From positions 1,240,001 to 1,304,000 of the forward strand of contig NEEC01000010.1 of assembly GCA_002189035.1 (NCBI GenBank): a stretch of DNA of 64,000 nucleotides, in the 5' to 3' direction. Under the pieces are notes generated by a model. That model was not told the DNA's origin. It saw only the letters and a program-made list of their open reading frames with translations, and ran no database searches. This document shows, in pieces, positions 22,127 to 34,718 of this stretch. How positions within the stretch are numbered: position 1 is the first letter of the stretch; every line of letters begins with the position of its first letter. The DNA comes from Utricularia gibba (taxonomy: Eukaryota; Plantae; Magnoliophyta). The translations under genes and the position numbers were made by a program.

Positions 22127-24092
22127 ATGCTTTCATTCGTCAACATCTTCTGTTTCTTGAGCTTCCTTTTATATGCCTCATTTGCCGGAGTCGGCGCCGG
22201 TGCAGCATGCAGCTCCGTCTCTGCCATATACCAATTCGGTGACTCTACATCCGATACCGGAAACGCAGTCCGGTTGCTTCCAATACTGCAAGCCAGCAGA
22301 GCCCCTTACGGCGAGACATATCCTGGATCCGCCACCGGCCGTTGGTCCGACGGCCGTCTCGTCATCGATTACATAGGTACCAATAATTCTGTTTATTTCC
22401 CGGCTACTCTTTCGCGGTTACTCACATCGTTCAAGGACCTGTACAGCCGACAACTTTGGAGTTCCTGAGCTGAACCCATTTCTGAATATACTCGGTTCCT
22501 TCAAAGGGGGTGCCAACTTTGCGGTTGCCGGATCCACAGCAATCGATACCGCATCTCTTTTGTTGCGTTACGGCATTGTGTCTGCTGCACTTCCTTATCT
22601 TTCATTACAAGTGGAATGGTTTCAGTTTTATCTTTTCACACAATGCTTCACCAAGTCAGGTTCGTAGGGGACTGAGAGAGGGTGCCCAGTACTTTCTTTA
22701 CGTGGAGGGAGGCAAAAACATCAGAGTTTGTGAATCTAAATCTTAAAAACTTGAATTTGTTGAAATTGATGATACCATGAGTACATATGATATTCAAATA
22801 CATAGATCATATTAGAAAAAATAGACTTAATCAATTATTATTGATTTATAATTTATTAGATATTTGATTATTTCATTTTAAAATTTTGATATAGAATTTT
22901 TTATTCTAATATTTGTCATCAGGTTAAATTAATTTTTAATCAGGTTAGGATTTTTTTTTTGTGATTGTAAATAATACTTGAATTATAAATCAATTTAATT
23001 TTTATCATCTAAGTTCAATGTATCTTTTTGTTTTGTTTTAACTAATACTAAACTCACCTTAGCTACCCAAATCATGTCATGAGTCAATTGTTTTGTTATG
23101 TTAATCATATTAAAAAAATTATATTCAATCAATTATTCATGATTTGTAATTTATATGTTTGATTATTTTGATCTGGATTTAAAATTATTTGTTCTAATAC
23201 CCGTTTTCAAGTTGAATTAGTGTTTGATGGAATTTTCGAAAGTATTCTTTCAAGTCATGACCTATGCGAACATGCATCTCTACTCCTGTCCTGATCCCGT
23301 TCACATTGCCTGGACTTGTGTAGAATGTGTGCGCACAAACTTCTTGAATGCATCTTTGATCGTCTTCGGGAAGACTGGATCCAACGATATCATCGCAGGA
23401 GTTTCCTCAGGATTATCAGTCTCAAAACTCCAAGCATTGATCCCTGATATAATATCAACCTTTACCTCGAATCTTGAGGTGGGCTTTCGAACTGGATTCT
23501 TGTTGAAAATTGTTGAAAATTTTACTGTATCTATCTGTGCTCTTGATCAGGAAGTGATCTCTTGGGGCGCTTCGAAATTTCTGGTTCCGGGGTATTACCC
23601 TCTCGGATGCCTAACCATCGGAATAGCTCTGTTCGCCAAACTGAACTCGACATTGGACAGTTTCGGCTGTAACGTACTCGAGAACGACCTCGCTCAGCAG
23701 GCAAACTCGCAACTTCAAACTGCTATTCAGAATCTCTCCAAGACGTACCCGAACGTGACCATCACATATCTGGACAACTACAGTGCTTTCATGAATGTTT
23801 TTGCAAACGCAGCTTCCTACGGTGCGCACCTGAACCCATTTCTTCCCCTTCTTCTGATTCTTAGGGTTTTGCAATGTACCCAGGGTTCCAGCAAACCACC
23901 CAAGCTTGCTGCGGAAGTGGCACCGTCAGCCCAACCAGCCTGCAATTTTGCGGCGGTCCGGGAACCTCAACATGTCCGGACGTGAAGAAGTTTGTAAATT
24001 GGGATGGGTACCATCTAACGGAAGCTGCTAATGCACGTATATTCGAGTATCTTAAACCATCCATCGCATCTGCTGCCGGGTGCACCGCATGA
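22127..24092 (+). CDS. Secreted GDSL esterase/lipase (SGNH), 365 aa
   Basis: Exons 22127-22376, 22447-22659, 23324-23478, 23551-23821 and 23884-24092 sum to 1098 nt. Signal peptide, FGDSTSDTGN, GRWSDG, GANFAVAGS, GSND and WDGYHLTEAA all present. Confidence 0.94.
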
Positions 24093-24940
24093 TCTGAAGC
24101 CCCTCCGCAACCACCAGCACCAGCGCCGTCGATCGGAAGCCCTTCATCGTTGCGCCCCCGTCCCAGTTCTACTGTAAAATAAGACGCCTGTTACACCTGA
24201 AAGTTTCATACAGTAATAAAGGGATTGGGGTTCCGTAATCGCCACTTGGTTTTAAATCAACCTAAAACTCCAAACTAATGTTTGTATTAAAAAAGTGTTA
24301 ACCACTTATATCCAAAACAGTTTAATCACGATTTAATAATGATTATATTGAATTTAACTTAATTATTGTTATGAATGATTTGTGATTTAAAATGATTTTT
24401 TAAATGCTTAAATTAATTATAGATTTCATAATATTGTGATAAATTATTAATATATATATATATAATTTTTTTCAAAATTTATATTTAAATATTGTTTGCT
24501 CTTATTTTGTATCAATTATTAATTCATATGTCAATGGGGAAATATTCAAAAGGGAACATGCATCATCATCGTTTTTTGGTTTTTTAAATAAATGGGCCGC
24601 AGTGGAGTAGGCCCAATAATCTTACGGCCCGCAGTCTAAGTAGGCTGTTCTGTTCGTCACCCTTTTTGTGAGTCTTGTCCTGAACAGCTGAACTTGCGTC
24701 GTCCAGGTAAAGCCTTCTGTTGCCCAAAGCTGCTTCAGCAGTGGGGGTTAATTATTTTTCATTTTTCATTTCAAGAAGTTTGAGTACTCACACGAAATTA
24801 GGGGGGAAAACGTGGAAGGGCTTTTGCAGAAAAGCAAATCCTTTTCTTCTTCTGGTGTTCGCTAGGAGTTTCTTCCATTTCGATTGATTGCGTTGTTTAA
24901 GCTCGAAGTTAAATTTTAAGAAATCCCTTCGGCGGCAGGA

Positions 24941-26817
24941 ATGGATATTGATTCAAAAGCCGAAGACAATGGTGTGCCGATAGCGGAAACGGCTTCTGGG
25001 GTATGTTTTTTAGTTTCGAATTCGCGTTTCTTTTGTTTCTTTTCAGTTGGGGTTGGCTGTATTGACATGTTTAACTATTTGTTTTGATTTCCAAGTCTAA
25101 TAGTAATGAAGCTGAAAAGATATCTGAAACAATGGGTCGGCTGAATATTGGGGATGTATCTTCTGCCTTCAAGAGAAAGCCAGTTATAGTTATAGTTGTG
25201 GGCATGGCAGGTATTGCGTTGAACTTGGAACGATATGCATGTTGTATCCGGTGCACAATGCTCTTTTGTTGATGGTGTTTTGGTTTCAGGAAGCGGGAAA
25301 ACAACATTCCTTCATAGATTAGTTTGTCACACCATGGCTTCGAACATTCGAGGATATGTTTTGAATCTTGACCCAGCCGTCATGACTCTTCCTTTTGGTG
25401 CCAACATTGATATTAGAGATACTGTCCAGTACAAGGAGGTCCTCAAGCAGTTTAATCTTGGGCCGAATGGAGGGATATTAACATCACTCAACTTGTTCTC
25501 TACAAAGTTTAATGAGGTTATTGAAGTGGGGAGTTTTTTGGTGCAATTCCAGAATTTGACTAGCACCCTATTGTTGGAGACTATCGAATAGCAGGGTCTA
25601 TGTTTTTTCAACTGTCGTGATGATGTGCATGATTTACAAGAAGTTAGTGTGCTGTAGAATGCCCATTCCCAGTCTCATTTGCTTTATTCATGTACTGTTT
25701 GTGTGTTCAGACTGCCGGATGTAATGAAATGGTATTAGATTGTGTCAAGGATTTTGGAATTGTGATTTTTGAAAAAAAAAAAATCCTACTTGTCATTTTA
25801 TGCTAAATGATGAATTCATGGTCCCGAATTGTGCTGAGTTAAGTCATTGTGATATCTCTCTTTTTTAAACTTATTGTAGGTCATATCTGTGATTGAGAGA
25901 CGAGCTGATCAGCTCGACTATGTTCTAGTGGACACTCCTGGCCAAATTGAGATCTTCACTTGGTCTGCTTCGGGGCTATTATTACAGAAGCTTTTGCATC
26001 AACTTTTCCAACTGTGATAGCCTATGTTGTTGACACACCACGCTCAGCAAGCCCATCCACGTTTATGAGCAATATGCTTTATGCGTGTAGCATCCTCTAC
26101 AAGACACGGTTGCCTTTGGTGCTGGTGTTCAACAAGACTGACGTGGTGCATCATTCATTTGCCTTAGAGGTATCATTTTTTCTCTATTTGTTCTGCTGTA
26201 TTTGAATTGGGTTTCAACTTCATGCTTTCTCTGTTTTGAGTGCAGTGGATGCAAGACTTTGAGGTGTTCAATGCGGCATTGGATTCCGACCATTCTTACA
26301 CATCAACACTAACTCGCAGTCTTTCTCTTGCTTTGGAGGATTTCTACAAAAATCTTCGGTCTGTTGGAGTCTCTGCTGTTACTGGTGCTGGAATGGATGC
26401 GTTCTTTAAGGCTGTTGAAGCCAGTGCCGAGGAGTACATGGAAACCTACAAGTAACCTTCTCTTTTTCAAATCCAGCCATGAGTGTTGGAATCAAGCTTG
26501 CAGCCCCTAATCTTGACAAGAGACAAGCTTAAATTTCTTCCCTTTGCAGGACCGATCTTGACAAAAGACAAGCTGAGAGACAGCGTTTGGAAGAAGAACG
26601 CAGAAAAGAAGACATGGAGAGGCTGCGGAAAGACATGGAGAACTCAGGTGGGCAAACCGTGGTCTTAAGCACAGGTTTGAAAGATAGATCTGATGATCCA
26701 ATGCTGAATGATGATGAGGACGATGATGATGAAGAAGATGAAGGATTCAGTGAAGATGCTGACGAAGATGAGGAGCGTGAAGATGAAGACGAGGAGGTTG
26801 CCAACTTTTCCTTTTAG
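24941..26817 (+). CDS. GPN1: GPN-loop GTPase 1 (QQT2/XAB1); apparent 1-nt deletion at 25972-25975
   Basis: Six exons: GMAGSGKTT P-loop, [30 protein letters not shown], acidic tail. Exon 4 (25880-26169) is 290 nt and shifts frame at TCGGGGCT. Confidence 0.95.
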
Positions 26818-27770
26818 ATTTACACACACCAAGGCAGACCCCGGCTCTCTTTTTTGTTGGTTTTGTGGAGTCATGAGGCTAAAGCCTTTGCCGCCGTAAG
26901 GTTTTGGAGATATCATTCGACTCGGTCCTTCGCTTTTGGACTCGGCTGTGGAGACTCAACGTATATAGTAGTAGAGTTCACTCATGATTCTATCAGTAGG
27001 CAACATTGACTCTTTTTTTCTTTAGTTTTTATCACAACGTATGTAAGCACACTTCAATTTTTGCATTACGTATGGTTTGAACAATGTGGTCTGGCCAAAA
27101 ACTCGGTTTAGTTGCAATCCCATATGCGAGTTAACCAAATCATTGGCTTTATACACCACCCACATTTCAAACATCGCAAAAATCCATCATTTCATTCATT
27201 AAATGGCCCATCAGACAAGCAACAAACCACGCCACAGCAAAGGAACCACTGGCTTCAAATTCATCTCTACAGATACAACTGTGACAATCCAATCTGCAGC
27301 TATCATCACCACCCAAAATGGAGAGTAGAAGCAGAGCAAACGGATGAATGAAACTAAAAACTAGAAGAAGCCACACCCTTTTCAGATTTGCCGGTGGCAC
27401 GCACCTCTTCTGTCCATCTAACAAGCCGATTATATCATCATCATCATATGCAATAGTCTAAGTGGAGTGAGATACCATTGTCTCAACACTTATCCTCTAT
27501 TTTCTTCATCAACCGCCACTAACAAATCACAGCGCCAGTATGGTTTTCTTGAATCTCCTCCCACCCTCCCTCAAAAAATTGCGTAGCAGGATGTTGTGTG
27601 GAGTAACACGGTCCAATTGCAGGCATACATGAGGCAACTTACCAACGTTGTTCACCAATGAATCAGCCAACTTCCAAAAAAAAAAAAAATCTCAATTTCA
27701 GGACATCAATGGGAGCTTATAATCATACTGAAACCAAGATATGAAACTGCTCTTACCACACAGATATTTG

Positions 27771-30700
27771 TCACGTACTAGAACCTGATTTTTGAACCCA
27801 CACTTGCTTCTGAAGTTGCAGGAAGATGGAAAATTAGGATTGCACAATGTCAGTAAATTAAGTCAGGAGAAAGCAGTTTGAACTGATATGATACCTCTTG
27901 CAAGCCATGGCCAGACAAACCTCGTTTTGAAGGCTTCCCCTCATAACCTAAAGAGCCATCTGCATCCTTGAAACTGTGAGCTAAGCCACGACGCCCTGCT
28001 GATCGAGAAGAACCTGTGGCAGTTAAATGGTCATCACGCATCATTAGGAAACAACGATGATGAATACTTGAATTGCCACAACGCCTTGAGTTAAGACAAA
28101 CCATTGTCAACAGAATAATGACCACCACGACGGCTTCTGCTGGGTCTATGCTCACCAGAACGAGCAATCAGAACTTCATGCTTTGTTTCTGTACAAACTA
28201 CAAAGACAAAAAGTTTGGTAAACAAACTTCATGCTTTCCGGATATTCAAAATAACACAGGTAACAAACATCCAACAAAGAGACCTAGAGTCATGAATAAC
28301 AACATGGCAAGTTGTTTATTTCCAGCAGTAAAATATGGGTAATACTATCCGTGTTGACAAAATGGCAACTCTCTATTTCTATCCATATTTTTCCTAGACT
28401 ATCAATTAGTTATCCAACAACGCGAGAGTTGTGGGGAACAAAACATAATGCTAATAGAAATTAGTAAATATGACACTGAAATCCATGAAAATTGTTGGTC
28501 TATGTCAACACCTTCAGTATCTGCATCTTGGGACTTGGCAGATAAAGATGATAACGTTTCTCGACTTGCAGATGATACATCTGATGCCCGATGAGGTGCC
28601 CAAACAACACGATCAGGCCTATCTTTGTTCCTTGTTCGTCTTTCCTGCTTGTCTGGTGAGGCACCCACGCCATCAGAAACTACTTTCTCAGGAAAAACAT
28701 TCTCAAAATTTCTCTGAACATGCTGTGAAGAAGCTTGTGGAGTTCTTTGACCAGTGTCATGAACAGAAAGCTGGATCTCCTGTTCTGATTGAGATAGCAA
28801 GGATGGTTTTTCTTGATTAGCTTCCCTTCTTAGAATAACGTTCCTTGGTATTTTTCCTCCAGCTTCTTGAAGTTGAATTTGCTTTGAGGGAACAGAACCA
28901 CGTGATACTTTTGATGGAGTTGCTGCATTCTGTTATGGTAATGCAGAATCAGAAACATATCAAAGAAAGGAATTGAATTTTTTTTTGTATCACTCTGAAC
29001 GCATGAGAAATACATGAAAAAGCCAATGCTATTAAGATGCAGTGGAAACGATACAGTCATTCTAAGCCCAGTAACCATAACAATAAAGCAGTAGCAAAAG
29101 AACCTGAAGTATTTCTGTTTCTTTTCCCTTCAGAAGCAGAACTTTTTTCTCCCCAATTCCCGCAGTTGTTGATCCTCCTAAAAAAGTCAAGTAGCATAGT
29201 CACACACAAAAACAACACTATACATGCCAACAGTCGGGGAACGAAATGTTTGACAAAAAAATAAAAAACATTATTCTCATATTCCTAGCGAGTGAGAATC
29301 AAGCGAATGACATAACAGAAGAAGAGCACTAGAGGTATCCCGTCACTTAGACCACTGGAAATAACGAGAATCACTATGCATAGTAGCATTTTCCCCACGG
29401 GTATTGAAAATCTTAAAAACCCGTAGGTTCCCAATTTTAAAGGAATTCCTGATCAGTGGATTTTCTTATTTATATAAAGAGTAGAAGGCATGGAAAAGAT
29501 AACCAATTATCACCATAAACTCAACTTCAAAATTCTAACACTCAATTAGCCCATACCACTTTCTCCTTCTATGGGTTTATCCACTGATGCACCCAGTCGA
29601 TTGTATTTTCCAGCATGTGATCGATCATCTTCCTTAGGTAACTGTTTGCTGCTTGCATTTTTTGAGCTCTCCCTTAACACATACTTCTAGAAGCAACAAT
29701 TAGACATTAGATAAGCAAACCCAGAAAGATTTAACCTACACTTATGCTAGTATACGTGGAATTATTTTTGAAGAACTGAATAATAAGCATCTGCTCTATT
29801 GCGAAACAACAAAACGCCCAATGAAAGCAAAAGTTCGAACCATGCACACAATTATACTATATGATCAAGTAGAGAAAAAAGGACGTTCACGAATGTTTTC
29901 AGTTGCTTAGGGGTCACCATGGACAACAAAGAGATCTAAATTTGGAAGAGGACTACATTAGATTTTGAGTTTTCAACCGAAGAAAAAAGTAGGGAAAACC
30001 CATCCAGGCCTTCAGGAATCAAAAATTCGAATGGAGAAAAAATTATGAAGCTGATTTACCATGGTACCAGAATTTCTCCTCTCTGACACTTTCTTGGAAG
30101 ATCCTGAGGCAACATTCTTGGTTAGAAGCCCGTTGGCTCTTTTTCCAAGCTTTCCATTCACTGTGTTTCGCTGTAAAGTATACGGGGGAAATGTTAGCCT
30201 TCTAGAAAGTGTTCACATTGAAACAAAAGAAAAAAAATGGTACACCGGCTCAGTTGAACTGGAAAAAATGTTCTAAAAAATTTGAGCAAAACCACCCTTA
30301 ACCTTGGCAGCTCTCTTCTGTCGAACATATTCCATTAAAGGTGTAACAATAAGAGCCTCCTTCTGGCCACCTAAAATAGTTTAAAAAAATAAAGCTTCAT
30401 TGTATATTGTAAGAAAAAGTTCCATATGAGAAAAATATGAAGCTAACTTTCAATAAATAAGACTGCATATACAAAAATGCAGGATCGACTGACCTGCTCT
30501 TTCTGCTTCCTTTCTCTCCAATTGTATCTCTGCACTAGGGAGATTCTCAACTGGCTTTGCAATAGATTCAAGGAACTCCATGTATTCAGGATCTAAATAA
30601 TTTTTAGCTCATTAATAAAAGTTCCAGAAAATGCAAAAAACTAAAAAATTCATGAGCAACCACAAGAGACAAGCATCACCTTTGTCTATAGTTCCCTCCC

Positions 30701-31384
30701 GAACATCCTTCTTGGACCATTCCTTTGGGACACGCTGTGAAGGGGCATACTCAACAATTGCTTTAAATTGAGTCCCTATAAATATTAAGTAAGAACATCT
30801 CGTTAGGTTGAATCTGAAAAGAACAACATAAATCACAGAAATACAAGAAATGTGAATGAGAGAAAAGAAGAAAGCCCAAAACAATCATGAAACCATATCT
30901 AGAACATCAAACTCGTTGATTTAATAAAATGTGAACTCAGGTATTACCTTTCTCATTGACAAAAGCATGGCCATTGAAAAATGCAGCAAAATCAATCACA
31001 TCATCGGGTATATTGAAATCAATGTAAGCTCTGGAGTAGACGTGACGCTTTTGGCTGCAAAACATAGACACCAAAATTAAGAAATTGGGTCGGAAGCGAG
31101 GGCTTTTACGCTAATGCCCATTTATCTGTTGGAGGATCATCACGGAAGACTTCTACTGAAAACAAGGTCTAGATAAACACGTCAAGAAACAGCAGGGGAT
31201 GAACAAAAATGCAATGAGGAGTATAATTAAGAACAAAATACCCACCTTAATTTCCCGGGTCGAAACAAAATCCAACGGTAGCGTCCAGAGAAGCGAGAAT
31301 CAATATGCTCTACGAGATTTTCCTGAGAAATTGTTGGGGTAGGTGCCGCAGCACCACCTTCGTTCGATCCAGCGGCCCCTTCAT
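27771..31384 (-). CDS. UPF3: Regulator of nonsense transcripts UPF3; apparent 1-nt deletion at 31336-31339
   Basis: MKGPLDRTKVVLRHLP, then in the shifted frame TISQENLVEHIDSRFSGRY, YSRAYIDF, FNGHAFVNEKGTQFKAIVEYAPSQRVPK, LPSAEIQLERKEAE, VTPLMEYVRQKRA, KVLLLKGKE, NKDRPDRVVW and KQVWVQKSGSST*. Confidence 0.94.
29399..29451 (-). other. Micro-NUMT: 53-bp fragment of mitochondrial nad4 in a UPF3 intron
   Basis: Minus strand reads CAGGAATTCCTTTAAAATTGGGAACCTACGGGTTTTTAAGATTTTCAATACCC = GIPLKLGTYGFLRFSIP, matching recalled plant Nad4 (LAGILLKLGTYGFLRFSIP). Confidence 0.8.
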
Positions 31385-32134
31385 TACAGGCAAAACCCTA
31401 ACACCAATCCAACTATTTTAAATAAAAACACGCAAAAAACAGGAAACAACAGTTGGGTCAACTGTATTTCCGCAGAGGATAACGCTTCCACGCACCTGAG
31501 TTTACACTTCTCACGCCCAATTTGTCCATCATCAGTCCGCGAATTCGTCAATGACAGGAAAACAGAATTTCAAAAGAGAAAGAGAAAAGCATAAGAATTA
31601 AATGGTAAATTAGGTTATTGTTTAGAGGGATGGTAAAAAGTAAATCTTTAAATATCTTGTGGAATTATCCGCAAAATATACGCCGTAAAAATATACCCTA
31701 AATATATTATATTCTATTCACCCTTCGGATCCCTCTGATATCTCTGGATTTCATAAGTATTATTTTTACCCATCCGATTTAAATAATCCAAGAGGCCGTT
31801 TTAAATCGATCGTATCCTTGCAACAATAATTCATGTGGTATTTGAGACGTTTTTGTATGTTAATTTTGTGTTTCAAAATTTTACTTATTTAATTAAATTC
31901 GGGTCAACCAAGCTATCGAATAAAGTTGTAAACGCGACGTCGTTTCAGGCATGACTTCATCTTTTGAAAATGGGATTTTCATAAATATGCTCAAAAGATC
32001 TGCACCCACACTCACACAAGCGACAGAATCATTGCCCTAAAGTGCCATCATTTCACACACCACGAATTTCTCTTTTGAATGAGAATGTGGAGATTAAGAA
32101 GATTGGGTAGAATTATTACTGCTACTCACTATCC

Positions 32135-34344
32135 CTATTTGGTTGATGCATAGCTACGCTGTTCTCTTGCTTCCAGGGCATCAACTTGCTCATTGGACAG
32201 CAGGTCAACCAAGGGCTGATAAGCATCCCACTCTTTCCGCTTCCTGAGTTGGGTTAACAACACAACATATCAGTTAACTGGTGTTTGGTCGCTGCCTCAA
32301 CTTCACAAAAACCGGGCACTGTTATCATGCTACAACCGGAACCAGAAAGCATTATGACTCACCGAACCACGCTTGATTTGTTGCCAAACAGCTTGAATAA
32401 ATCCACTGCATTCCCTGCGGCCTTACTGAGGAAGCAGGAGGGAATTGGAAGGCTTATATACTTCAGTTGGAAGGAAAGTTGAAGTGGGGTTGAGAGGAGA
32501 GAATTATGTGAACTTAATGCAAAAGGACCTGGCTTGGAAATGTTCAAGTGCTCTGCGTCCTTTCTTGTTGATTCTACTCTCACGTATTGAGGTTACGTTT
32601 TGTACAGCAATCTGCTCTTGGCAAAGAAAAAAATAATGAATGAGAAATCCGCATTGCATAAAAACTGCATGGTACCTATTCCAAGGACTAACGCACCTCA
32701 TAAAGTTGTTCCCTGATGGAAACTGCAACAACTGGCTGCAATGGTTATTCAATATTATTAGGCTTGCAGTGGTGCAGTCATGAGTATACTGAACCAATCA
32801 ACAAGATGCAAGAAAGACTGTGCTGGAGGTAAGAGAAATTTTATCATGGCAGATATGTAGGTAATTTGGCGTAGCTCACTCCAACTTCAGGATCTTGAAT
32901 GCCCAAGTCTTTGCATAATATTTTTGCAAATTCTTCGGGATCACTTTCAGAGTTGTTCAAATCCTGAAAATATAGAACAGCATCCCATCATTATCTGGTG
33001 CAAAGATCACATTTCATGGCTGATGATGTAAAAAAAATCTTCAGTTTTCTGACCCATAAAAATTGGTCCTTAATGACTGTATGATTCACACGGATATCAA
33101 GCTGCAAATAAAGGTGAAGGGGAAGAATAAGCATACGTCATTAGATAATGACCATGCAAAACCTTAATGAAAAATGACCATGCAAACCTTAATGGGACAA
33201 TCTTCTCACCAGTATACATATCTTGGCCCTCAAAAGACCGAAATTCTCCCAGCTGGGCCTACAAAAGGATATAAAAAAAATCTAGCTTCGGATAAGTGTA
33301 TAGAGTTCGTCACATATCAGCAGGCATATCAATCTTAATGCAGCAAGCATGCAACGAATATGATCAGGACACCTTGCAAATGAAAAATTCCACAGAAGAC
33401 TCCTAGTTACTATCAAGTTCTACCACGTCAATGAACAATGCCAGATATAGTGAACAAAAACTTCCTCTCATGAGCATATCACATGATGATGAGGAAGAGT
33501 TATGATAAATTTGGATTTAATAGTCAATCTTCTCAATGCAGATTAAAACATTGATGACATATATCGCACCCAATTCAAAAATATGTATCGAGAAACTATG
33601 ATCAAATGAAATAGCAGCAAGATTGAATCAATGTTCTCCACACATGAGCAAGTCAAATGATATGAATGCCAGAATTCAGTGCCTGATAGCTATTAAGATT
33701 TACTGATCAAGAAGAATGTCTCACAAAGCACCTGTATTGATTGTGTTATCTGCGTAACAAAAGCAGGGGGTAACTTCAAATCTTTCACTGTTCTTTTAGC
33801 AAAAACCACCACTTCAGAGTCTGGGTCTACATTGATAATAACTTAATATCAACCAGTCTGGACATCAGAGAGCGCACACAACTTATCAAAGCAGGAAGAA
33901 AAAGGAAAACTAAGACATACAAACATGTGAATCAAAACCCGCATCTTGGAAAAACTCATCAACATCCAAATTTCATATTTTCCAAGAAAATACGCCGGGA
34001 TATCAACATTATTACTAATCAAAATGTAATTTTTAAACATCCAAACAAGAAGAATGATATGCCAGCGAGATTCGTAAAAGGGAACATCTTGGTAATAGTC
34101 ACAGAAATACAGGAAAAAACCGGATGGGTTCCAGAGAAATGCATCTTTATATCTTTGTCCGTCAATGTCAATATCTAGTCTTATAGGAACCAGGTTGTCT
34201 GCCGTAGGCCTGAAAATTAGCTATATAAGAATCAATATTCACCAAACCAAAATCAGAAATTTGTGAAACTCAAATTTGTTCTAGATATTACATCCGGAAT
34301 TTGACTGGGTGTTTAGCAGTGCCATATGCCGAGTGCGACTTCAT
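32135..34344 (-). CDS. BSH: SWI/SNF chromatin-remodelling subunit BUSHY (SNF5 homolog)
   Basis: MKSHSAYGTAKHPVKFRMPTADNLVPIRLDID, FRSFEGQDMY, LDIRVNHTVIKDQFLWDLNN, DPEEFAKILCKDLG, IREQLYE, RKRKEWD..PLVDLLSNEQVDALE. A non-coding first exon ends near 34548. Confidence 0.96.
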
Positions 34345-34634
34345 GATTCTACTTCTCACTGTACAAATGAACACAATCCAAATCCCAAATCAACAATAAA
34401 CCTTAAAATTTCCGAGCAAAAAACCGTCAGAATGTACGAAAATCGAGGAATAAACCGAGGGCTTTTCATCCATTCTACAGTCTCAAAATCTGAGACTTCG
34501 TTAAACCCTCAATCCACAAATTGACACTCGGAAGTTTAGTAAGCTTACCCCTTTGTAAACACTCCCGCTATGATTCAGGTTCAAGTGGCCAGGGACGGCT
34601 GATCTGAAGAAAACGCTGTCGTTTTAGAGATGAC

Positions 34635-34718
34635 CACGTGAGTGAGTTATAGGGATAGTTCCGTCATTTCAAGTTCAAAACGAACAAGCCTGGAAACTTC
34701 GAACTCCCTATATATAAT
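34635..34718. promoter_or_regulatory. G-box and TATA box in the shared BSH/cytochrome c divergent promoter
   Basis: CACGTG at 34635-34640. TATATATAA from 34709, about 90 bp before the CYTC ATG. Confidence 0.5.

Noticed and set aside
22469-23845. 14-nt match CTGAACCCATTTCT between GDSL exon 2 and intron 4
   Set aside because: Short and 1.4 kb apart; several such matches are expected by chance in 64 kb.
31321-31345. Programmed -1 ribosomal frameshift rescuing UPF3
   Set aside because: No in-frame X XXY YYZ slippery heptamer before the premature stop, and the same G4-for-G5 pattern in GPN1 gives a simpler explanation.
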